Part shown: positions 32,109-39,846 of the stretch, piece after piece | Numbering within the stretch: the stretch's first letter is position 1 | Layout of the letters: each line of letters opens with the position of its first letter | IMG/VR virus record: IMGVR_UViG_3300021061_000016 | From: a virus | Strand: one strand, 5' to 3' | DNA: 40,195 nt | Made by a program: the position numbers and the translations under genes | Notes under the pieces: generated by a model | Told to the model about the DNA's origin: nothing | The model's input: the letters and a program-made list of their open reading frames with translations, nothing else | Databases searched by the model: none

Positions 32109-32542
32109 CCGTCGAGCTTTATTCGGATAAGCATTTTTTTTCAGTGGCTCGTCTCATTGAGAATTTCCACGCGGAGGCGGTGGCCGAATATGACGACACG
32201 ATCACGCCCGAGGCTGTGACCCAGACGATAGAGGCGGCCGATAAAAATAACCTCTTTCTTCTCATCGTAGACGGCATATGCCAAGGGATCCTTTACGGGA
32301 TCCGGTCCACTTCGCCGGTCAGCGGTAAGGAGATCTTTCAAGAGATCATATGGTACGTCAACAAGCCCTTCCGTAAATATGGCGTAAGGTTGCTTAAGGA
32401 TGTAGAAAAGATATTGAAATCCAATGGCGTTAGTATTATGATAATGGTAGCCTTAGAGAACTCGAAGGCCGATAAGCTCAAGAGCTTTTATCCGCGGCTC
32501 GGCTATCGTGCAATGGAAACGCATTTTGTGAGATCGCTTTAA
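32105..32542 (+). CDS. GNAT-family N-acetyltransferase
   Basis: 145 aa; ATGA overlap upstream. QEIIWYVNKPFRKYGVRLLKDVEKILKSNG is motif-A-like. The C-terminus is FYPRLGYRAME. Confidence 0.55.
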   Translation: MTVELYSDKHFFSVARLIENFHAEAVAEYDDTITPEAVTQTIEAADKNNLFLLIVDGICQGILYGIRSTSPVSGKEIFQEIIWYVNKPFRKYGVRLLKDVEKILKSNGVSIMIMVALENSKADKLKSFYPRLGYRAMETHFVRSL

Positions 32543-32796
32543 TGGGATGGGGCGCTCGGTCAAATCCGAATAGCAAGTGGAACAAAGCCCGCAAAGGCAA
32601 TATAGTTTCGCCTGATGCTGTCTCGACGGCTTCGCCCATCTCAAATTCTTCAAATGTAGTGAAGGTGACGACTCCGACCAGATCGGATGAGCCTGTAGTC
32701 ATAGAAATAACCCCAAAGAGCATATACGCGCTCTTTAAGGAGTTACTATGCAGGCTCAAAACGTCGCGCCCTCAAAACCCCGCGCCGACCAGTTAA
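32542..32796 (+). CDS. Hypothetical protein filling the GNAT-portal gap
   Basis: 84-aa ORF; TAATG coupling. It overlaps the portal start by 49 nt and has a low-complexity Ser/Pro-rich composition. Confidence 0.35.
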   Translation: MGWGARSNPNSKWNKARKGNIVSPDAVSTASPISNSSNVVKVTTPTRSDEPVVIEITPKSIYALFKELLCRLKTSRPQNPAPTS

Positions 32797-34412
32797 TACA
32801 AGAGCAGCAACAAGAACTATCGCGCCGCCGTAACTTTGAAAGTTACTGGCAGACGCTACACGACTATTTCTACGTCGAATCACCTGACCTGAATAAGTCG
32901 TACTCCGCTGGAAACGAGCTGGACTCGTCCTACCTTTGGGACTCGACGACCCTGGAATGCGCGGACGTATTCGCCTCGGGGTTCATGAATTACCTGACCC
33001 CGCCCACCGCCAAATGGTCCCGTCTTCGCCACAGAAATCCAGAGCATGCCTCCAATAAGCGCGTCAACGGCTTCTTTGAGGACGTGATGGCCGAGGTCAA
33101 TTACGCTCTAAATAGGTCGAACTTCTACGATCAGATGTTCCCCTCCTACAAGGCTTCCGGCGTCTATGGCAGCGCCCCTCTTTTTGAGGAAGAAGACATT
33201 GAGGACGATATCCGTTTCTCCAATATTCCGTTGAAACAGGTAGTGATCCTGGAAGATGCCCGCCAAAGAGTGTGCAAGTATTTCATCGAGTTTGAGTATA
33301 CGGCCAACCAAGCCGCCTCGAGGTGGGGCGAGGAGAACCTTCAGGGCTATCTCAAGGAGGAGATCAAGGAGGGCAAGGGCGACTCAAAAAAGCACAAGTT
33401 CTTGCTTTACATCGCCGAGAGACATGCCAGGGACATCAGAAAAACCGATAAGCGGAATATGCCTATCGAAGCCTCATGGATCGATGTTGAAGGTAGAACG
33501 ATCATCGAAGAATCGGGATACAATGAATGGCCCGCTTTCTGTCATAGGTTTGATAAGCGGCCCTCTTTAGCTTGGGGCTTTTCTCCTGCCATGAAAGCTC
33601 TGCCTTTTGCAAGGCTTCTCAATGCCATCGCAAAAACTAACCTTAGCACGATGATGCAGCAGAACTCGCCGGCGGTCGCAGTCCCTCACAATGCCTTTAT
33701 TTCTCCACTCAACCGAAACCCGAGGGCGATCAATTACTACAAAAAAGAGATCATGACCAACGCCCAACATGACATCTTCCCGTTCGTCAATAACGGAAAT
33801 CCAGAAGTCGGCCTGACGGCGATCGAATACTATTCAAGCAAGGTCAAGACTCTCATGTATCACGACACCTTCCTTGCCTTCTCGAACATCACCAAGGACA
33901 TGAATAACCCCGAGATCATGGAGAGGATCAACGAGAAGATGACGATGCTCGGGCCCGCCGTGGGTCGTTATCTTGACGAGGTATTAAGCCCCATCATCAA
34001 GCGCACGATCGGGATCCTTGCCCGCCGCGGAAAGCTCCCTGAGCCCCCAATGGAGCTTATAGAAGATCCTGGGTATGAGATTGACTTTGTGGGCGTTCTT
34101 GCCATGTCCCAAAGAAGGGCTGAACTGAATAACCTCATCACGGGCCTTTCGATGATAGGCCAAGTGGCTCAATACTCGCCCGAGGTCTTGGACAAGATCA
34201 ACGCCGATAAGATCGTTGACGAGACATGGGCTATTACGGGCGCCCCCATCAAGGTCCTTCGTGATGATGATGAGGTTCGAGAGATCAGGGAAGGCCGGGC
34301 CGAGGCCGCTATGCAGCAACAGCAGCTAGGAGAAATGGCCGCGGGCGCACAGATCGCCAAAGACGCCGGCGCTGCTGAGGCCGCATTCGCAAAGAGTAAG
34401 GAAAGGAAGTGA
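32748..34412 (+). CDS. Portal protein (T7 gp8-type head-to-tail connector)
   Basis: 554 aa; SD aaggag. RRNFESYWQTLHDYFYVESP ... YLWDSTTLECADVFASGFMNYLTPPTAKWSRL matches the podoviral connector family pattern. It lies downstream of the terminase. Confidence 0.8.
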   Translation: MQAQNVAPSKPRADQLIQEQQQELSRRRNFESYWQTLHDYFYVESPDLNKSYSAGNELDSSYLWDSTTLECADVFASGFMNYLTPPTAKWSRLRHRNPEHASNKRVNGFFEDVMAEVNYALNRSNFYDQMFPSYKASGVYGSAPLFEEEDIEDDIRFSNIPLKQVVILEDARQRVCKYFIEFEYTANQAASRWGEENLQGYLKEEIKEGKGDSKKHKFLLYIAERHARDIRKTDKRNMPIEASWIDVEGRTIIEESGYNEWPAFCHRFDKRPSLAWGFSPAMKALPFARLLNAIAKTNLSTMMQQNSPAVAVPHNAFISPLNRNPRAINYYKKEIMTNAQHDIFPFVNNGNPEVGLTAIEYYSSKVKTLMYHDTFLAFSNITKDMNNPEIMERINEKMTMLGPAVGRYLDEVLSPIIKRTIGILARRGKLPEPPMELIEDPGYEIDFVGVLAMSQRRAELNNLITGLSMIGQVAQYSPEVLDKINADKIVDETWAITGAPIKVLRDDDEVREIREGRAEAAMQQQQLGEMAAGAQIAKDAGAAEAAFAKSKERK

Positions 34413-34657
34413 CCGATCTTTCAAAGCTGCAAGACGTTTTGGCCCTTCAATCGAATCTCCGGGCCTCTCTCGGCACTCCGGCCGGCCAAGAGGTCATGAA
34501 GTATCTAGAGGAGCTTTGCGGGTGGTATGACATTGGCGACACCGACCCGAACATCATTTTGATAAAACACGGGAAGCGTCAAGTGCTTGCGACGATCAAG
34601 ACGCTTCTCGAGCATAAACCAGAGATCATCGTCGCATTAAACCTAAAGGAGCAGTAA
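34409..34657 (+). CDS. Small conserved protein between portal and scaffold (Bbp19-like, tentative)
   Basis: 82 aa; GTGA overlap with the portal stop. Confidence 0.4.
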   Translation: MTDLSKLQDVLALQSNLRASLGTPAGQEVMKYLEELCGWYDIGDTDPNIILIKHGKRQVLATIKTLLEHKPEIIVALNLKEQ

Positions 34658-35527
34658 ATGGACAATCTTGCGCCCCCCGTGGAGAACGCAGACCCGACAG
34701 CACCACCCGCACCGCCGACACCGCCTCCAGCGCCGGCCCCACAGGCTTTTAGCTGGAAAGCGCATATCCCCCAGGACTTCGCTCAAAGCCCGACCATGCA
34801 GAAGTTCCCGGACACCAAGGAAGGCTTTGCCGAGGCCGTCCGAAGCCATTTGGAACTCGAAAAGCTCCTAGGCTATCAAAAGGTCCCTATCCCCAAAGGC
34901 AAGGACGACGCTGCGGCCTGGGCGGTGTTCTCAAAGGCCATGGGCATCCCCGAGAAGCCAGACGGATACGGTCTTCCAGACGTCGAGATCCCAGAATCTA
35001 TGAAGGGCTTGACCTTCGACAAGGCCAAGTTCGCCGAGATCGCCCATAAGCATAAATTGACGGGCGAGGCGGCAAAAGGCGCTTGGGCCGACTACGTCCA
35101 GATGGGTAAGGACGCCTATGCCAAAGCCGTTCAGGCCCACCAGGAACAGGTCACGGCTGCGATCAATCAGATGCGCGGGGAATGGGGGGATGCCTATCAG
35201 TCCAAGGTAGAACTCGGGCAGATGGTGATTAATAAGTTCTCCGATAATAAAGAGGTCAATGATTACATCACCGCCGTTCTAGCCAAGGATCCGAACGGTA
35301 TTCGTTTCTTGGCAAAGATAGGCGAGCAGTTTGCCGAGAATAAGATCGGCGACTTCAAGTACCAAAGGCAAGCCATGACCCCCGAGGAGGCCCAGGCCGA
35401 GGTCGATTCGATCAAGCGGGACATGAGCCATCCGTACAACGATCCCAAGGCTACGGAGGCCGAGCATAATCGGGCGGTTGATTATGTGAACAGTTTGATA
35501 GGTGTTGCAAGAAGGTCCAAAGGATAA
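34658..35527 (+). CDS. Scaffolding protein
   Basis: 289 aa. Pro/Ala-rich N-terminus and a helical, charged body. It lies between the portal and major capsid genes. Confidence 0.6.
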   Translation: MDNLAPPVENADPTAPPAPPTPPPAPAPQAFSWKAHIPQDFAQSPTMQKFPDTKEGFAEAVRSHLELEKLLGYQKVPIPKGKDDAAAWAVFSKAMGIPEKPDGYGLPDVEIPESMKGLTFDKAKFAEIAHKHKLTGEAAKGAWADYVQMGKDAYAKAVQAHQEQVTAAINQMRGEWGDAYQSKVELGQMVINKFSDNKEVNDYITAVLAKDPNGIRFLAKIGEQFAENKIGDFKYQRQAMTPEEAQAEVDSIKRDMSHPYNDPKATEAEHNRAVDYVNSLIGVARRSKG

Positions 35528-35685
35528 GCGTTAAGCCCTAGAGGATCTTTGTAGGTGTCTGGCCGGGGAATCTGAAACGATCCGGCAAAGGCGTTCGCTG
35601 AAGGAAGCGACCCTCACTCGTTGAGGACAATCAAATCCCAAGCTAGTTAAGGCAGTTGGTTTGAAACTCAACAAGGAGGGGCAAA

Positions 35686-36573
35686 ATGCCCGACACTCAA
35701 AATATCGTATACGCCCAGGCGTATGCGCAGAACATCATGCAGTTGGCACAGAGCAAGTATTCCAAGCTCATGCCGATTGTGTACATGAAGCCGAACGTCA
35801 AGGCAAAGACCTTCTTCCAGGATCAGATCGGGAAGTGGTCGATGTCCACCAAGGGCGGTCGTAACGTCCAGACCCCCAATAACGACCCGAATCTCGGGCG
35901 CCGCATGGGTACGCTTGTCGATTACCACGACAACCGTATGCTCGACCGCGGTGACGAGCTTCGTATGATCTCCGACCCCCGCTCCGCTTACACGATCGCG
36001 GCCGCTCAGTCTCTTGGCAGACAGATCGATACTGTCATCGCCAATAAGATCCTGGCCGCTGCCAATCACGGCGAAACGGGTTCTTCGACGATCACCCTGG
36101 GCACGACCTCTATCGCCGCCCACGTCAATCCTACTGGCACCGCAACGGGTACGCCCGCGACGCTTACTTTCGCTCGCGTTCGTAACGTGAAACGAGTGCT
36201 GGACCTGGAAGACGTGGAAATGGAAGACCGCGTTTTCGTGGTCAGCCCGCATGCGATGGACCACCTCTTGAACACCACCCAAGCGACTAGCTCGGACTAT
36301 GCGGCTGTCAAAGCCCTTGTCCGCGGTGAGATCGATACCTGGATGGGCTTCAAGTGGATCGTCTCGACCAACCTCTCAAGCTCGGGAACCATCACCAGCT
36401 GCTTTGCGATGCAGCGTTATGGCCTGTGCCTTGCGATGGGTTCGGAGCCGATTGTCCGCACGGATGAGAGGGCAGACTTGTCCTACTCTTGGCAGGTCTA
36501 CTACGAGCTGAACATCGGGGCGGTGCGTCTCGAGGAAGCTCGTGTCGTTCAGGTGGATTGCACAAGCGAGTAA
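35686..36573 (+). CDS. Major capsid protein (HK97 fold, podoviral type)
   Basis: 295 aa; strong SD aaggagg. RRMGTLVDYHDNRMLDRGDELRMISDPRSAYTIAAAQSLGRQIDTVIANKIL parallels the central region of T7 gp10. It follows the scaffold gene. Confidence 0.8.
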   Translation: MPDTQNIVYAQAYAQNIMQLAQSKYSKLMPIVYMKPNVKAKTFFQDQIGKWSMSTKGGRNVQTPNNDPNLGRRMGTLVDYHDNRMLDRGDELRMISDPRSAYTIAAAQSLGRQIDTVIANKILAAANHGETGSSTITLGTTSIAAHVNPTGTATGTPATLTFARVRNVKRVLDLEDVEMEDRVFVVSPHAMDHLLNTTQATSSDYAAVKALVRGEIDTWMGFKWIVSTNLSSSGTITSCFAMQRYGLCLAMGSEPIVRTDERADLSYSWQVYYELNIGAVRLEEARVVQVDCTSE

Positions 36574-36578
36574 CAAAT

Positions 36579-36608
36579 TGCCCGGGGGCCTATAGGGTAC
36601 CCCGGGCA
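36579..36608 (+). promoter_or_regulatory. Stem-loop immediately after the capsid gene (no U tract)
   Basis: TGCCCGGGG (36579-36587) pairs with CCCCGGGCA (36600-36608). The palindrome CCTATAGG occurs once in the loop and again at 36614-36621. Confidence 0.45.
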
Positions 36609-36638
36609 TTCGCCCTATAGGGGCAAAGGAGAAATAAA

Positions 36639-37136
36639 ATGGCTAGTGCTTATTTTGCAAGCAATGTAACGAAGCTCAATGCGGGCGGCTCCGGCGATAA
36701 CTACATCTCCGATGGCCAGATCAAATCCGTCGAAAAGATATGGCTTGATAGCTACTCTTTCGTAGCTGGCAATCCTACCAAGACGACGATTGATATTGCC
36801 CAACTGCCTGCCGGCAGGAAGTTAGTCGGGGTCGATGTCATGATCGCGACAACGACTTCCCAGACCAACGGAACGTTGTCGCTTGGATGGTCCGAGGATG
36901 CATCGTTCGGGACGATCATGGCACCCGTCACGATCACGCATAACGGGACCTTATCCACGATCTCGCTTCCGACCGGCGGGATCCTTGGCAACGTCGTTAC
37001 GATTGGCGGCCCCGATGCGTTCAAGATCGGTGCTTTCCAAGAGGAAGCGACCGGCACCAAGACGACCATCGCGCTCCAGATCAACAACTGGACGATGACC
37101 AACGGAACGATCAAGACCAAAGTCCGTTACGTCTAA
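36639..37136 (+). CDS. Putative capsid decoration/cement or head-fibre protein
   Basis: 165 aa; SD aaaggag. Beta-rich Thr/Gly/Ile composition. Assigned only by its position directly after the capsid gene. Confidence 0.35.
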   Translation: MASAYFASNVTKLNAGGSGDNYISDGQIKSVEKIWLDSYSFVAGNPTKTTIDIAQLPAGRKLVGVDVMIATTTSQTNGTLSLGWSEDASFGTIMAPVTITHNGTLSTISLPTGGILGNVVTIGGPDAFKIGAFQEEATGTKTTIALQINNWTMTNGTIKTKVRYV

Positions 37137-37144
37137 AAGAAAGA

Positions 37145-37179
37145 CCGGGTAGGGGGTTTTATGAGAGCCCTCTACCCGG
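37145..37179 (+). promoter_or_regulatory. 12-bp stem-loop after the decoration-like gene (no U tract)
   Basis: CCGGGTAGGGGG (37145-37156) pairs with CCCTCTACCCGG (37168-37179), with one G-U pair and an 11-nt loop. Confidence 0.45.
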
Positions 37180-37196
37180 ACTCTTAAAGGGGAAAC

Positions 37197-37805
37197 ATGG
37201 CAACCTATACGACCGTCGGGCTCTGTAACCACGCGCTTTTATTGTGCGGCGCCTCGCCTATTACGGCCCTGACCGATGATACCGCCAACGCCAGGTCGCT
37301 AAATGCCGTATTCGAGAACGCCAGGAAGGGCTTTTTGACCGAATGTCGGTGGACCTTTGCTTTGACCCGTTCAAGCCTCGCTACGAGCGCGACCACGATG
37401 GCCTGGCTTCACGACGAGGAATCCTATGTTTACAGCCTTCCTTCCGATGCATTAAGGATTTGGGAGATGTCGGACATCGAGGCGATATGGCGCCAGGAGG
37501 GAAGCTATATCATCTCGAACACCGCAAGCCTGGGGACGCTTTACACCAGGGATCATTCGGAAGTCGGGCTTTGGGGTCCAAAAGCCACGATCGCTTTCAT
37601 CGATAAGCTCTGCTCGGATATCTGCTTCATGATCCTAAACTCCGGTACCAAGGCCCAAGCCTTCCTTGAGAAGTACCAAAAAGTGTCCCTTCCCGCGGCC
37701 ATGGCCGAGGAATCCCAGACCGGCACCCATCAACAGGTCATAGATGACGCCTGGCCTCGGGCCAAATACGGAAATGGCGGTAGTCCTTCAAGGTCTTATA
37801 GCTAA
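37197..37805 (+). CDS. Tail tubular protein A-like / head-tail adaptor
   Basis: 202 aa. The N-terminus LCNHALLLCGASPITALTDDTANARSLNAVFENARKGFLTECRWTFAL follows the T7 gp11-class pattern IN.AL..IG...I..L.D ... W.FA. Confidence 0.6.
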   Translation: MATYTTVGLCNHALLLCGASPITALTDDTANARSLNAVFENARKGFLTECRWTFALTRSSLATSATTMAWLHDEESYVYSLPSDALRIWEMSDIEAIWRQEGSYIISNTASLGTLYTRDHSEVGLWGPKATIAFIDKLCSDICFMILNSGTKAQAFLEKYQKVSLPAAMAEESQTGTHQQVIDDAWPRAKYGNGGSPSRSYS

Positions 37806-37981
37806 TGAAGCGGATCGTCTTGGGATTCTTCATGGGCTTTATCTTTGCGAGTGCCCCGGCGCTATTGGCAAAGACAGAATTTGAATCACGCGATGCAGAA
37901 TCCGTTGTCGGATATGGGTATAACGGCAGCACTCTTGTCGCAATAAAGGTGGATGCTAATGGTGTTGTCCAGACAAGCTAA
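37805..37981 (+). CDS. Small signal-peptide protein (58 aa), paralogous to the tail-fibre N-terminus
   Basis: TAATG coupling. Sequence MKRIVLGFFMGFIFASAPALLA|KTEFESRDAESVVGYGYNGSTLVAIKVDANGVVQTS. Below the track cutoff. Confidence 0.5.
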   Translation: MKRIVLGFFMGFIFASAPALLAKTEFESRDAESVVGYGYNGSTLVAIKVDANGVVQTS

Positions 37982-39515
37982 CTGCATTCTTCTTATAGGG
38001 ATCCTTTTCACCACACCCGTCTATGCCAAAACGGAATCAGACTCCCGCGATGCTAAATCGGTCGTTCTCTACGGAAACAATAACGGCACGATAGTCCCGA
38101 TCAAGGTCGATGCAGATGGCGTGATCGATACGGCTGGCGGCGCCGGCGACGTCGTAGGCCCATCCTCCTCCACCGACAACGCCATCGTCCGGTTTGATGG
38201 GACGACTGGAAAGCTTGTTCAAAACTCCGGTGTGACGATTGATGACTCGAATAATATCGTCACTACTGGAGCATTATCCGCTGGTGGAGCAAATCCTGCT
38301 TCTGGCGGGGCTATTCGACTTCCCCACGGAATTGCGTATGACATCCGGGCCAGAAACAATGCCAATGATTCAGACATGATTCTTCTTCGCACAGCAGCGG
38401 GGGACGATACGATTTATATCGGCGCCGGGGCGAATGTCGCTATTGCAGGAAACGTAAGTCTCAATAATTCTGGCAAATTACATGGTGCCACAGCACTAGG
38501 TGTTAATTCTGCCGCTACAGCTTACCAATTAGACGTAGTTGGCTCTGGCTCGAATATATGGACGGCGCACATCCAAAAAGGGGCAAGTAACACCGCTGGA
38601 TTATTTATAGACTCCAGCGCTGGCACGAGTCCAACCTCATCAGCACTAGCTATCTATTCCGACGCCGGAAACGCTGCTCACATTACTCTTGCTTACAACG
38701 GCGCAGCAGTATTTAACGAAGCAGGCAACGACGCGGATTTCAGGGTCGAGGGAGATACCGACGCAAACCTACTTTTTATCGATGCTTCAACCGATAGGAT
38801 TGGCATAGGCTCGGCGACACCAGCTACCAAGCTTGATGTGACAGGAACTGGGACGTTCTCGACGAGTATTTCCACCCCACTTCTCGACCTCTCCGGCACC
38901 GGAACCATCAACGGCCTGGATGCGATTGACGCCACGGGTGAAGCGACCCTTGAATCGACCCTGGATATCGGAGGTGAGGTCGCAAGCACAGGCATGGCCT
39001 CGACTGTGATTGCTGATAGCGTGACAGTGACAGGTTGGGTCATGGGAGCATCCACAGCCACCACCCCATCTGCGGACGATAACGATACCTCTCTTGCCAC
39101 GACAGCCTATGTCCAGACAGAGATAAATGCGATGGGTGGAAGGAGCCTCACCGCCGCTAGTGGAAGTATGGACGCCGATGCAGAGCTTTACACGGATACC
39201 AAATGCATTTGGATCGAAAACCCCACCTCATCCGATGACCTCAAATCGATCTGGTTCGCCAAGCAGGCCGCCACGCTCACCTCAATCTGGGCTGAATCAG
39301 ACCAAACCGTCACCTTTATGCTGCAAGTCGATGATGGAAGCCCGGCCGATGTGGATAGCGTTGACCTGGCGCCTGCCGCCGGAACAGCGGAGGATACGTC
39401 GCTCAACGGTGATACCACGATGGCCGCAGGAGATAGGCTTGATATTGACGTTGCTTCAACCTCTGGAACGCCAACATGGTGCTCAATCTGCTGGACATTT
39501 ACCTATGACGACTAA
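37953..39515 (+). CDS. Tail fibre protein with a signal-peptide-like N-terminus (start possibly 37959)
   Basis: 520 aa. SSTDNAIVRFDGTTGKLVQNSGVTIDD and TPSADDNDTSLATTAYVQTEI resemble motifs conserved in phage tail fibres. N-terminus CILLIGILFTTPVYA|KTE. Confidence 0.7.
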   Translation: MLMVLSRQANCILLIGILFTTPVYAKTESDSRDAKSVVLYGNNNGTIVPIKVDADGVIDTAGGAGDVVGPSSSTDNAIVRFDGTTGKLVQNSGVTIDDSNNIVTTGALSAGGANPASGGAIRLPHGIAYDIRARNNANDSDMILLRTAAGDDTIYIGAGANVAIAGNVSLNNSGKLHGATALGVNSAATAYQLDVVGSGSNIWTAHIQKGASNTAGLFIDSSAGTSPTSSALAIYSDAGNAAHITLAYNGAAVFNEAGNDADFRVEGDTDANLLFIDASTDRIGIGSATPATKLDVTGTGTFSTSISTPLLDLSGTGTINGLDAIDATGEATLESTLDIGGEVASTGMASTVIADSVTVTGWVMGASTATTPSADDNDTSLATTAYVQTEINAMGGRSLTAASGSMDADAELYTDTKCIWIENPTSSDDLKSIWFAKQAATLTSIWAESDQTVTFMLQVDDGSPADVDSVDLAPAAGTAEDTSLNGDTTMAAGDRLDIDVASTSGTPTWCSICWTFTYDD

Positions 39516-39531
39516 ACCAAGGAGAACGTAT

Positions 39532-39846
39532 ATGAAAAAAACATTATTCATCATCACTATTCTGTCCATGTCTTACGGGATCGCCCAGGCAGATATCCGA
39601 AAGACCGCCGGAGAAAAGAATATCCACGACCTTATTTATCAGGTCAGGCAGACCGCTTTAAACTCCAGAGAGCGTTTTACCGAAGCCAAAGTGAAGCTCG
39701 CTGATTATCAAACCGTTTATTCGGCCTCATTGGATGCGACTGATAAGACCAAGCTCAGCACATATCAATCTGGACTTCAAACGGCCATCGATCACATGAA
39801 TGTAATCATCAACAAAATAGATACGGACTTCCCAGCGGTCCAATGA
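39532..39846 (+). CDS. Small secreted helical protein
   Basis: 104 aa from the internal ATG of track ORF 39127..39846, after SD aaggag. MKKTLFIITILSMSYGIAQA|D is a classical signal peptide. Confidence 0.6.
   Translation: MKKTLFIITILSMSYGIAQADIRKTAGEKNIHDLIYQVRQTALNSRERFTEAKVKLADYQTVYSASLDATDKTKLSTYQSGLQTAIDHMNVIINKIDTDFPAVQ

Noticed and set aside
35668-36282. 204-aa minus-strand ORF antisense to the major capsid gene
   Set aside because: It lies entirely inside a well-supported plus-strand gene. It has an Arg/Gly/Asp-rich low-complexity composition and no SD. This is the typical antisense shadow ORF.
37953-39515. Diversity-generating retroelement or other tropism-switching cassette near the fibre, as in BPP-1-like podophages
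   Set aside because: I found no reverse transcriptase ORF anywhere in the genome. By eye I also found no template/variable repeat pair matching the fibre 3' end.
39127-39531. N-terminal extension of track ORF 39127..39846 overlapping the tail-fibre 3' end
   Set aside because: The extension is Pro/Ser/Arg-rich, lies out of frame inside the fibre gene and has no SD. The ATG at 39532 has a good SD and starts a classical signal peptide.
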